Part shown: piece by piece, positions 12,123-24,221 of the stretch | Position numbering within the stretch: position 1 is the first letter of the stretch | Layout of the letters: each line of letters begins with the position of its first letter | Assembly: GCA_039545335.1 (NCBI GenBank) | Contig: BCIN01000006.1 | Coordinates: forward strand, 62,001 to 126,000 | DNA from: Kondoa subrosea | Lineage: Eukaryota | Direction of reading: 5' to 3' | DNA length: 64,000 nt | Position numbers and translations under genes: made by a program | Notes under the pieces: generated by a model | Told to the model about the DNA's origin: nothing | What the model saw: only the letters and a program-made list of their open reading frames with translations | Databases searched by the model: none

Positions 12123-14166
12123 ATGTCTGACTTGGAAAAGGCTGATAGCATCTCGGATGCTGCACACACACATGTCCTTGCATCTCAAGACACAAGCGAA
12201 GATATCGTTTTGCCTTTGAAGTGGCATCGTAAGCTGCTCATCTCTTTCTCTCCCGCATAGCTAATTCATCAAATCCTCAGAGCGCCTAGCAAGGCTTGGT
12301 GTAGAAGCACACGGTATTACACCTGTACCGGAAGAAGCCAGAACAGATACTGGTTACTTCAAGCTGTTCACTTTGGTAAGATAACATCCTTCCTTCGCTT
12401 GTAATGAACACATCTGATTATGTACACAGTGGTTCAGCTTGAGTACCAATCTGTTGCCCTTGGTGACTGGTCATCTTTCGACTGCCGTCTACGGACTGTC
12501 ACTTCGCGATGCTTCTTGTGAGTCCAGATCTTTGCTTGCAGACAGCATCGACCTGATAAGCATCTTGCAATTTAGTGACAATTATCTTCTTCACCATACT
12601 ATGTACTATCCCTCCAGCTTGTACGTTGAATACTTACCATCTGTGGTGCGATGCCTCAAAGTTTGCTTCTTCAGGGGCAACAACTCTTGGACCAAAGCAT
12701 GGCATGCGCCAAATGATCTTCTCTAGATATTCCTTCGGATTGGTTGGTGTCGCTGTTCCGGCTGTGTTGAATGCTCTCACATTGTTTGGAGTAAGTGACT
12801 TCTGATCGGTAGGAGGTAATGTAGCTAAAGAACCCAATAGTGGGGAGTTGTTTCTTGCATCCTTGCTGGACAGACACTTGCTACTGTCTCTGATGGAAGC
12901 TTGAGCTGGACTGTCGGTATCGTGTAAGATCGTTCCCTGTCAGTCTTGTCGACGCTTATTTCCCGAACGAGAACAGCATTGTCGCCGTCCTCGCTATGGT
13001 CGTTGCTTTCTTCGGTTATCGAGTGCTTCATATTCTCGAACAAGCCTCGGTCGTTTGCGCTCTTATTGCAATCCTTACACTTTGCGCAGCTGGTGGATCG
13101 CATTTGGCCGATCGGGCAGTCACCGAACAAGCAACCTCTTATCCTGTTCTATCCTTTGGTGGTATCTTGGCTGGCTTCTGTGAGTAGAGATACATACAAT
13201 TGCGACCGTTCTTGCCGATTAATGTCTTGGTCATACAGTGATCACTTGGACTGCAATTGCATCAGACTATACGACTTACTACGTATATGATGCTCCATCT
13301 CAGCGCCTCTTTTGGTATCAATACCTTGGTCTTGGTATTCCGACAACGCTCTTCATGATTCTGGGTGCAGCAATTGGGTCGGCCATCACTACATCCGAAT
13401 CATGGACAGCAGGCTACGAAGCGAATGGAATTCCTGGGGTACTTCGAGGTTAGTATCTTGGTTTGACAGTTCTACATTCACAAGTTGAAGACATTCTCTG
13501 ACAGAAATGCTGCGTGGCGCTGGAGGCTGGGGCTCATTCTGCACTATCCTGCTAGCGCTATCCCTATTGGGCAATCTATCAGCAACCATATACTCCCTTG
13601 GCTTCTCGGTACAAATTGCAATTCCTCCTCTTCGAAAAATACCTCGATACGTCTTCATTGTCTTCGCCAGCGCTTGCGTCATCCCTGTAGCGATTGTTGG
13701 TGCCAAGAGATTCTTTGTTGCTCTAGAATCATTCGTGAGTGAACTATCGCTTCAAAAGAATTTTCAGATGCTCATTATGCTGCCCCATCCAGCTCGGTGT
13801 CGTCGGATACTGGAGTGCAGGCTACGTAGCTATTGTAGCAATGGAGCACGTTGTGTTCCGCAGAAACCGCATCGCCAACTACGATCTTTCCGCTTGGAAC
13901 ACGGCTTCCAGTCTCACTAGTGGCATCCCAGCCGTTGCAGCATTCATCTGCTCTTGGGGTCTAATCGTTCCTGTGCGTACTTTTGTACCCTCGTCTTACT
14001 TCTTTCCTCTGATATTTGCTATTGTTAGTCTATGGCCGCTGTTTGGTTCGAAGGACCCATCGGAGGTGCAATCGGCGATTTTGGCTTCGAGGCTGGGGCC
14101 ATCATTTCTGCTCTGATGTATCTTCCTTTCCGATGGATCGAAATCAATAAGTTTGGGCGAAAGTGA
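12123..14166 (+). CDS. NCS1 purine-cytosine permease family transporter (Fcy2/Tpn1-like)
   Basis: RLGVEAHGITPVPEEARTD, GPKHGMRQMIFSRYSFG, WTAIASDYTTY and GDFGFEAG motifs; many hydrophobic segments across GT-AG-bounded exons; stop TGA 14164-14166. Confidence 0.9.
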
Positions 14167-14408
14167 TGTGCGAATACAGGGGTTTCTTCTGTTGGGTTTC
14201 TAATGTCGGGTTTAGATATGTTACTTAGAAGAATTGATGTAGACTGTATTGCAAAGAGCTCTTGTTGTATTTCCTCCTTTGCTGCTTTTGGTCATGAATG
14301 AAAGATCCTACTTCGCTGCCTTTGTTTGCTGCCTTTGTTTGAGGGTCAGGATCAAAGATCATCGAAACTTGTGACCAATGCAATTGTTTCATTGCATGTC
14401 AAATGCCT

Positions 14409-16684
14409 CTATTTTTTTAGGGACTTAGTAAATCTTTCTTCTCTTCGTAAGCGCCAGCTCATTCCTCTCTTCCACAGTATGTAAAGGACCGGACTGAATG
14501 CTACCAGAAGCTGAAAGTCCGCTCAGAAGAATGCCAGATGTGCTCGTGGACTTCACTCACTAGTCCCCATATTGTAAATGTCCAACCTGGGCCAAGTTTC
14601 CTAATCATCAAATCGATAACAGCTAAAAGAAAGCGTGAGTAACAACCAGGGTCCTGTCACTGAAACGGACCCAGACCAACAGCTCCCATGACACAGCGAA
14701 CCAGATTCACAGCAGCGGAAGATGTAGCGCTAGCTTGGGGATATAGATCGATGACAAGGACGTTGGTGACTGTCTGTAAGCAGAAGCCAGCCATACCAAT
14801 GCTGGGTCAGGTTGATCAGCGTCTTCGACTTCAATTCAAGCATCATCGCACTTACATGAATTGAAGAATTAGAGGTCCAGCTATATTCGTATGTGCTTTC
14901 ATACACCAGCCGTTGCCAATAAGAGCTCCAACATAAAGTGGAAGAAGCCAAAAACAGCAGCGAAGCCGGGCATGCTGTGCTTGCAAATTCAGGGAAAAGA
15001 TGAGACAACCTTTTGCCAAATCCTCACCTCTATAGGAAACCCTCGAAGATCATTTGCATCTTTTGGATTGAATCGAGCTTTCATCAATATCTCAAAATCT
15101 TCGCCTGTTATCATTGCTCTTTTCCGCATTTGCTTTCGCTTCACGATTTGAAAATCGCGATCGACTACTCGGCTCATAATGATAGATCCTAGCAATAATG
15201 TCTTCATCACAGATCGAGTGAAAAGCAACTCCATAAATACCTGCCAAGGCTCCGCTACCTATTGCGAGAAAACATAGACCAATTTCCGTTTGACTATACC
15301 CATAGATATCGTCCAGCAGGGCAGACAAAGATCCAGTAACGCAATAGTACGCAGTGTAAATGATGCCATTATAGAAGAGAAGCATAGCCATATCGAGCTC
15401 AAAAAGCATCAGCAAAGGCTTCAGAGGATGGATGTTGCGCAATCTTTTATCGCTTTTGGCCGGTACTCTTGTGTCACTGGCTTTGTTCGATATTGCTTCC
15501 TGTATTAGGCGCCACAGAGGTTTGTGTATTGGGGAAACAGGAAGCTGTCCTTGTAATCAGATCCAGTGCAACAAAGCTACCTAATGCTAGCTTACGGAGC
15601 CATTTCCTGCTATTGAGCGCAGCGTTTCAGGTAAGAAGAGTAGTATCGCTATAATACATGGTCCAGCCAAAATTGAGAGAAACCAGAAGACTATCAGACG
15701 GATCGAAAGTCAAACGGTGCTGATACTTTCAGGAGGATCACAAACTCCAATGCCATCCCAAATGACCGCTGATCAAACCACCGAACTGATCTTCGCATGA
15801 GCATCTTTTCTGATCCAAAATTGACATTATCAACGCACTAGAGGACCGATTGCTGGTCCAAGCTGGACTCCCATTTGGAAGCAAGATACAAAGAGTCCTC
15901 TTTCATCCCTATGACATTCAAAAAAGCTTGCCCGTGAGCGAATGGAGTGGCAACTGAAGCGGTTCTTGACATACGGCGTGGATATATCAGCTATCGTCCC
16001 TGCTCCCAATGCAATTGTTGAAGCCGAACCGGTAGCTTGAAAGATCCGAAGAAGCATAAGAGCCCAATATACGTTGACCAGACCGACTAAGCCATATGAG
16101 AAGGCATAAACTCGAGGGAACAGGAATTATTCAAGAGGACTCAACTTACGGCCGATGTTGCTGGCCAGGTATATGCTGAGGGTGACAAGATCTATATGAT
16201 TGTTGAGTGGGATCATAACGAGACACATGTCAGCCTTACATATAACTCTTCTGCCATACACATCCGCGACTATACAGGTTCTCCATAAGAGAATCCGTAT
16301 CAAGGGAATTTTGCCTTACGACTTCCCCATAATGAAGGACTGACGCCTTGGAAGACCAGGTAGATAGTGACTGTGAGATTGATTTGCTCCGTTGTTCTGC
16401 CTAGTGAGGATGCGATTTCCGGTATTGCAGGAAAGTACTGAGAGATGAAGTACAGTGAGCATACATTCACTTTGCTCTAGCAAAGAACTGACAATGTTGC
16501 TATTGAGTGGAGAGAAGAAACCAGCGACAGAAATCAATGCAACTAAGAACCGCTTCTCCTTCGCAGAGTAGATTGTATACGGCGGCTGCACAGAGGACGG
16601 CTTTTTGGCGATGGCAGAACCTTCCAGGTCGGATTCTGCTCTGATACTTGGGCCATTCACGGTTTGGACCTCATTCTTCGACAT
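14409..16684 (-). CDS. MFS DHA1 drug:H+ antiporter (Qdr/Aqr1-like)
   Basis: PYTIYSAKEKRFLVALISVAGFFSPLNSNI, ADVYGRR (motif A), LLRIFQATGSASTIALGAGTIADI, GPAIGP, LPETLRSIAGNGS. ATG 16684, TAG 14409-14411. Confidence 0.9.
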
Positions 16685-16801
16685 CAATCATGGACTCTTG
16701 TCAAAGAGCAGTCACAGTAGGATAGCGAGGGATGAAACGTTTGCTTTAGCAGTGTCTGGCGCATCTACATAGGGTATAGGACGAATGCAAGGAAATCCGA
16801 T

Positions 16802-16850
16802 CCGAGATTCGGCAAGAACGGCTGTGTCTGATCAAGAGAGATAAGATAAG
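16802..16850. promoter_or_regulatory. CCGAGAT plus tandem GATAAG upstream of the DHA1 transporter
   Basis: CCGAGAT at 16802; GATAAGATAAG at 16840-16850. Confidence 0.55.
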
Positions 16851-16963
16851 ATCGCCATGCGGAAAGGACTGAAACAAGTCAAGTGCAAGGTAATGCAGCC
16901 AGTGAGTCGATTCATAGCGAAGGCAGGGAGTGAACAGGTCATTGATATTGGCTACGCGAAAGT

Positions 16964-18151
16964 TTACTCATACAATGCGTGCTGCAACGCTTTGAAAGCA
17001 TCCTTCAACATCCGCCTACTGAGTTCCGATATCGCAGGTAAAAGCATAAGGGAATGCGTTCCTCCTTCATAGGTTCTCAGATCAACTTGTATCATGTTCC
17101 CCTTCAGTCGATCGGCATAGGCAATAGCTTCATCTCGGAGTATATCGAGTTCTCCAGCAGCGATGTAAGCTGGTGCCACGTTTTGCATGAGCTGATCTGG
17201 TGCCAGTAGAGGCGAAGCTTGCCAGTTTACCGCATCTTCTGGGTTCGGCAAATACTTTTCTCGATACCATGTCATTCGATCAGGAGTGAGCCAAGCTAGC
17301 AGTAAGATAAGGTCAGATCGAGTAGACGAGATAGAAGCTTTGCTTACGAGCTGTTGCAGCATTGCCCTTCCAATGAGTTTCGACAGTCGCTGTGTTGTCC
17401 AAAACAGGCAGAAAGAGCATTTGCAGAGAAAGATGTATAGGCGGATGCAATTGAGCTGCTTTCAGTGCAACTACAGCAGCTAGATTGCCGCCTCTGAGTG
17501 ACACAAATTTAGCTGACAGTCTTGGTAGGCAAGCTTGTTCTGGCTTACGCCGATAATCCACCCACAGCAACCTTGCGCTTGTCAGTCTTCAATTGAGCTG
17601 ATCCTTCACTGTGTATCCAAAACAGCACTTCCATTGCATCGTCTACTGGTGCAGGATAAGGGTTCTCGGGTGATAGACGATAATCGACTGATATCACGAC
17701 ACATGGTGTGTCTATCTAATCATGAGGAGAGATTCAGACGCTGAAAGAAGGACTTACCTCTACATGCTCTGCTACAGAATGAAGCTTCATCTTCAGGTTT
17801 TGACAAAGTCCACTGAAAAGCTGAAAGTTAGCCTACTTCACAGAAAGTCAGATTACCACTCACGCCTCCTCCGTGAAAGTATAGCAACACAGGCCAACCG
17901 AATTCAGGACGGTCACCTTTCGGTATCCAACATAGCGCTCGACATTGCGAGAAGACGATCTCACGCTCTTCGCCTACTTCAACAGCTGGATCGTTTCCTT
18001 GCATCGGCGGAAACTTCCTGAGTTCTGGCGACCAAGGAACCAATTGACTTGGGACTTTGTTTTGTAAGAATCTTTCATGAAAGTCGCGATAGTCGGGATC
18101 AATTCTGGACAGTACTGCTGGATGCAAAAGCTGATGGATAGGCATTGCCAT
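16964..18151 (-). CDS. Alpha/beta hydrolase, hormone-sensitive-lipase (GDXG) family
   Basis: LLYFHGGGW oxyanion motif, VDYRLSPENPYP, GGLSAGGNLA nucleophile elbow (spliced), GELDILRDE (Asp) and YEGGTH (His). No signal peptide. Confidence 0.9.
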
Positions 18152-18193
18152 GATTGCTGCGAGGAATTTGAGACGCAATCGATGCAAGACAAG

Positions 18194-18244
18194 CTTATCA
18201 AGCTTATCAGGAAAATGCCCCTGTTGTCCTCGGACGCCCGAGAT
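18194..18244. promoter_or_regulatory. Two CTTATC sites plus CCGAGAT in the bidirectional hydrolase/P450 promoter
   Basis: CTTATC at 18194 and 18203; CCGAGAT at 18238. Confidence 0.55.
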
Positions 18245-18302
18245 GTAGTCTTGGAAGAGCAGATATATCCATGTTTGCTGCTCTATACCATCCTTCCTCA
18301 TC

Positions 18303-20527
18303 ATGGAGTCTTCCGTTCTTGCGCTCCTTGCTTTATTGGCTCTTGTTTCTGTTGGTTTCTTGCTTGCAACCTTCAAGAAGCCTCCGCATCCACTGCCGCC
18401 TTCTCCTGGAGGCGCTCTACCTTTCCTGGGTCATCTAAATGTCGTCCCTTCAGATTCGCCAGAGGTCAGCCCGGATGCTCGTTGAGAAGTATGAGTGATT
18501 GCTGAAATTATGCTTTGGCAGGTATACTATGAGAAGATTGGCAAAGAGATGAAGACAGATGTGCTGTACTTCAACATCCTTGGTCAACCGATGGTTGTCC
18601 TGAATAGCGTTCAGGCAGCTGTTGACCTACTTGAGTAAGGGTGTCGTTGATCATCACTAGTGCTTTGGGCTGATCCTATCTTCCCAGTACGCGAGGATCC
18701 AACTATGCAGATAGACCAGGCTTCGACCTGCTGAAGACTCTCGGATTCCAAGTACGCTTCTAGCTGGAGCCACACATACGGGAAGCGATCTGATGTTCTT
18801 CCCAGAATACTCTGACCTTCCTTCGTGTTGGTCCACATTTCCAGCTACATCGTAAAACCCTTCAGACCTACTTCACAAAACCATCTATCGTCGGCTTTCG
18901 AGACATACAGACTACAGAAGCGAGAGCTTTAGTGAAGAATCTGTTACAGTTCCCTGCCGAGTTCAACCATTACATCCGGAGAGCTGCAACAAGCGTCGTC
19001 ATGACCGTTTCCTTCGGACATACAGTCAAATCAGACGAAGATCCTTACATACAAATCGCAAATGACACAGCCTACGCCCTAGTGGGTGTTTCTCGACTCT
19101 CTCAATTCTTCAACTTACGCAGATACCTTAGGGTAACAGTGGAGCGCCTGCGGGCACTCTGTAAGTCTTTGTGGTAATAACCTACACGCGTTTGCTCAAA
19201 TCCTAAATCCAGGATTGACTTCTTCCCCGCAAGTAAGCTGCTTGTACCAGGACTCAGCGACTAAATTGCTCACATGAATGTACTAGTCGGGAAGTTGCCC
19301 AACTGGTTGATGTTCGATAAACATGTCCGCTTTGCAAGAAAATGGCGATGGGCGATGAGGAAACTCTTCGACGTTGTGCGTTCCGTTGGCTCATACACAC
19401 TCAAAAACCCTTGATTGATGATTCTATATGTAGCCTTTCGCACAAGTCAGAGATCAAATGCGGCATGGAACAGCTGAACCTTCTTTCCTACACACTTTGC
19501 TAGAAAGGCATGCTGCGGAAACTCAAAAGGGCAAACACATTGATTTCACATTGGAAGACATCAAGGGTGCTGCTGGAGGTACGGAAACACCGCCCTCGAT
19601 CTTCTTGCTATCGGCTCAATATGTGAAATAGCCGTATACGTTGCTGGACAGGAGTAAGTTGGCAAAGTATGGTCTGCCGGTCTGATCTTGATGATGACAA
19701 AGTACTACACATGCTACAATGATGGTCTGCTTGTTAAACCTTACGCTCAACCCAGAAGTGGTCAAAAAGGCTCAAGCAGAAATTGATGCTGTGGTTGGTA
19801 CAGATCGCCTAGTACGGCTTTTCTCACACATTCGTCTACTCAAGCTAAAAATCTCGGTGTAGCCTGAATTCAGCGACCGAGAATACATGCCATACAGTAA
19901 CTGGATTATCGCCGAAACGCTTCGTTATTACCCAGTGTCGCCCCTTGGTGTACCACACAAATCGATTGAAGACGACGTATACAAGGGAATGTTCATTCCA
20001 AAAGGGTCCTACATCTATGCCAATGCTCTGTACGTGCATATCATTATCCGCATGGATATTGTAATAACCAATCATAGGGCAATGGCTCACGATGAGAACG
20101 TCTATAAAGACCCGATGCACTTCAATCCTCAGAGATTCGCGTCTGTTGCAGAGGGAGGAAACTGCGAACCTCTGCCTTCAGGTCAATTTGGTTTTGGCAG
20201 GCGAGTATGTGTAGGAAGGCATCTAGCGGAAGCAGTAAGCTCCTGATGGAGCGTTATCACACCAATTCTCATTCGCCGATACAGACCATCTGGATCTTCT
20301 TGGTGTCGATTCTAGCAGTTTTGGATGTGAAGAAAGCTATCGATGAGGACGGGAACGAGATTACTCCAGAAATAGCATTTACTCCAGGCCTATCCAGGTG
20401 AGGCTGACCCTTGAGAGCTTTCCCAGATCAAGCTGATGTGCCCGAAAGTCATCCGAAGAAGTTTGGTTGTAGGCTGGTCCCGCGATCTAAGCATGCAGAA
20501 GAGATGCTTTTACAGGCTAGCTTATAA
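18303..20527 (+). CDS. Membrane-anchored cytochrome P450 (OrdA/CYP64-clan-like)
   Basis: N-terminal TM anchor plus PPSP hinge, I-helix AGQ(D)TT, K-helix ETLR, FNPQRF, heme motif FGFGRRVCVG; stop TAA 20525-20527. Confidence 0.93.
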
Positions 20528-20639
20528 ATCTCGGGAAGTCCTCTAAAGCAGCTGTAATATATGCATATCATACCGCGGTCGCTCGAGATTTCGGATTTCC
20601 GATTCAATCTCCACATTCTGCTTATTCGACCTGCTTATC
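20528..20639. promoter_or_regulatory. Two AT(C/T)TCGG sites plus CTTATC upstream of the amidohydrolase
   Basis: ATCTCGG at 20528, ATTTCGG at 20588, CTTATC at 20634. Confidence 0.5.
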
Positions 20640-20690
20640 AGCACGCACGACTTGTGACACTCAGTAATTGCCTTCAAACAGATTGCAGGA

Positions 20691-21620
20691 ATGGCTATCA
20701 CTCATGCAGAACAAGAGAGTTATCTTCAATCAGGCTTCGGGAACAAGATGGGATGGGGGGATCGGCCAGCTCTGCTATTGATCGATGTCTGCAAAGCATA
20801 CTGGCAGCAAGGATCCCCTCTAGATCTGTCAGCTAATACGGAAGCTGTGAGAGCACCGGATGAAATGAGGAAATTGGTCGCTGCAGCAAGAGCTGGTCAA
20901 TGTCCTGTATTGCATTCTCAAGTGTCGTATACCTCTCCTACTATGCAAGACGCCGGACTATTTTGGGTCGGTGATGTAGTCTTCAACTGCCTTAGATCTG
21001 ACGGGTGGTGAACAGAGAAAGAGCAAAGTCTTGGATGTATGGCAAAAAGGCGACAAGCGAGGCTTAGCAGAACCAATGCCTGGGCTTGCTCCGGAAGGTT
21101 TGTTTCCGCTATTGTGTCGCTGTTTCATCGTAGTTGCTGACATTCCGTCAAGGCTCTGACCCAGTTGTAATCAAGAAGTATGCAAGCGCTTTCTTCGGCA
21201 GTGAGTCTTTGACGAAGCTTGCCGTTGCTGTTCTTGGACAAATTCTGTATAGCTGATCTTGCTACAACCTTACACGTACTTGATGTCGAGTAAGCTATCT
21301 TTATGGAGTTCTTACTTGCAACAGAGCGGAACCCATTCTTTTGCCAGTACTGTCGTTCTGTGCGGCGTATCTACCTCAGGATGTGTCCGAGCGACAACTT
21401 TGGATGCTATGCAGAGTGGATTTCGACCCATGGTAGTTGGTGCAGCATGCGGGGATAGATCACCTGAAATACAGAATGCCAATCTTTTCGAGTGAGTGAA
21501 CATAGTCCGAGGGATACTACTAGCTTCCAACTGATGTGCAACAGCTTGAACAGCAAATATGCTGATGTAGTTTCAACGGAAGAAGCGTGCGAGAAATTGA
21601 GAGCTGGATGGAAGCATTGA
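20691..21620 (+). CDS. Isochorismatase-family cysteine amidohydrolase, maleamate amidohydrolase (NicF)-like
   Basis: Spliced protein: MGWGDRPALLLIDV (Asp), KKYASAFFGT (Lys), LCGVSTSGCVRAT (Cys), ACGDRS..ANLFDLNSKYADVV. Five GT-AG introns; TGA 21618-21620. Confidence 0.88.
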
Positions 21621-22026
21621 CTCATCCTTGTATATACTATCGTATGAGAGAGTAAAAGAGACAAGGCATTCATCCACCAACGTGAACTCCAGGGGGACAT
21701 TACAGGCTGAAACAACAAGATCAATCGGCTTGGTAGAGCCGCTGCACGAAGTGTGTAGAACGACCTGCCGTCAAAGTCATAGCGTTCCTTCAAGTTTCCG
21801 GAGATGACGACAAAGGAGGAACAGAAGGTTGAAAAGAGATCGAAAAGCATCATGCAAGTAAGCAAGAGAAGCTGATAAGCGTGGATCAATACCACCAGCA
21901 TAGACGAGACTTGAAGAGCGTGAAAGGATAAGAGGAACATTGGTCATGATACGGCTGACCCGCTGCTTCTCTCCATCAGATAATCTCATCCGCTCATCAG
22001 CTTGAATTACTTCACCACTTCTACAT

Positions 22027-23879
22027 TTAAGCCTTCTTTCCATTGACAACCTTCTTCGCAGCTACTGCAGCAGCATTCCCACTCTTCCCATTTACAACCA
22101 CATTCGCGTTCGCATTCGTTGCCAAACTCGCATTTGCACCCTCAATTTTGATCAAACTCCCATCTTTCAAACCCAACACTTCATCAAATGGAACTTTAGG
22201 TAAAGGTACTAAGCGACTCATGTTGCTTCCAACTACTTCTTTAACTTTTTTAGCACTTTCAATAGCTTCAGGTGGGAAAAAGTTTGGTCTTGGTTTAGGT
22301 TTAGGTTTCAAGCCTTGCTGTTGTTGCTGTTGAAGAAGAGTTGGGTTAGGTACTTGATTATTTTGTATGGGAAGCGTTTTAGGAAGAGCTTGAGGAGGAA
22401 GTGGTTTAGGCATTACTTGAGGCTGAGCTTGAGATTGAGCAGGTGGTTTGATAGGGATATCAACTACTGGATTTGAGAGAGGAAGAGTCTTAGCAGCTGA
22501 TCTTGCTGGTTGTGTTCTGGTTGCTGGTGTTGCATTACTCGGGACAGGGGCTGTTATCGGTTTGACTTGTACAGGAGCAGCTACCTTAGTGGGTGCTCTG
22601 CCAGGAGAAACTGCAGAAGGGTTGGTAATAGTTTTAGCTTGAGTGGATGGAAGACTAATCGTAGGTTTCGCTGCGGCAGGCGTAGCAGGTTGAGAAGCAG
22701 TAGGAGTAGCAGTTTTGCTGTTTGCTGCAGATACAGCTCCAGGTTTATTCACTACTGCAGGTGAATCTGGTTTCAACCGTTTCGCGTCTGGTTCTTCTGT
22801 AGTAGCTTGCTCGGCAGGTCTCTTCTTGTTTGGCAAGGGTCTACCAGAAATGATATGTAAAGCGTTGCGAATCATATTTGCTATTCTTCTATCGAATGAC
22901 AAGGCGAATTTAGCTTCTAGCATATGATGAGCTGATCCGGCCGGTTTGACGGGAGAGAAGATGAGTTTGCTGATACTGTTTGCTTCTATCGTTCGAGCTG
23001 CTTCATCTTCTTTAGCACGTTGAGCTGCAAGTTTGGCTTCTGCTTCTAGTTCTGCTGCAGTTTTAGGAATGACTGGTTCTTTCTTTTCTTTCTTGACCGT
23101 TCTATGTATCATATGAGCTACAGTATCAAGAACAGGACAAGCAACACACTTCTTTCGTTTAGGTGCAGCTGCAGGCGAGTTATCGATCACCCAATAACCA
23201 CCTTGAGTATCCGTATTTTCATCTCTCTTGAAACAAGGTTTATCGGCAAGATTACTCTTGACAGCGGTCTACTCGGATAGAGTCAATATCGTGTAATAGA
23301 TACAGAGGTTCGCCCTACCTTCCAAGATTCATCTTCCCATTTGTAATAGCTGAACTTGTTTGCGATGTTAGTAAGCAATTCAGAGAGATGGATTCTCCGA
23401 TCAGGATGGTCAGCGATAGCAGCTCTGATGATTGTTCTCCAATGATACTGCATGAGTAATATAGGTAAGCACGACAAGCAGTCAATTGAGGGTGAGCCAT
23501 AACGGACGTTCGGTTTTCCACCATCAGGAGGTGAATGCAGAGCAGCCAGACTTCCATTCTTCTCTACAGGCTGTTCTCTGCCTTTGCCTTTTGCGCCGTC
23601 ACTAGTTTGAGAGACTATAGCAGGTCTATTTTGTTTCGCATTGCCTTTCCCTTTAGTCGCTGGTGCTGCTGTAGCTGGAGCAGTCACTACAGGCAGCTTC
23701 GACGTGGACGCAACAGGTATTGATGGTACTGCTGCTGCTACTGGAGGCAGGTCTTCCGTTTCGTTGACATCTTCGAGCAAACCCAAGATTGGCAGAATGA
23801 CTGGATCCTCCTCTCCTTGCACCAAATCGGGCACTGCGCTGAGCATGGATTGTAGTGAAGCAAGCACATCTTGCTCCAT
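22027..23879 (-). CDS. Forkhead-domain protein with Pro/Ala/Gln-rich C-terminus
   Basis: KP..WRTIIRAAIADHPDRRIHLSELLTNIANKFSYYK..SWK|TAVKSNLADKPCFKR..GGYWVI is a divergent winged-helix/forkhead fold. PolyQ tract near 22310-22332. Confidence 0.75.
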
Positions 23880-24221
23880 ATCTCAGATTGCCAAAGGTAT
23901 ACTCCAGATGGATGTTGCAAGTCAAGCCAGAGATTTATGCATTTTCATGTCTTGACCGTGGACTGTGACTGCTATGCTCGATACGACGCTGCTTGCGACG
24001 ACTGCAGCCTGGCTACCAAGGCAAAGCCCTGAGATTCAAAGTCTGCGCTTACCCACTTGCGTCTGCCCTAAATTAGTGCCTCGCTCTCTTCGTTTAGCCT
24101 GTACTGGGCACTGCTTTCTCTTGTTCTTCCCAAACAGACAAGCTCTTGCTCTGACTCTCGATCTCTGTTGTGTCCATCTATCTTTGTGGAACAGCAGCTT
24201 TGATCAAAGATTGACTGCGTC

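Noticed and set aside
21407..22049. Minus-strand ORFs of 90-177 aa between the amidohydrolase and forkhead genes
   Set aside because: They lie in convergent 3' UTR space or antisense to real exons and show no domain signal.
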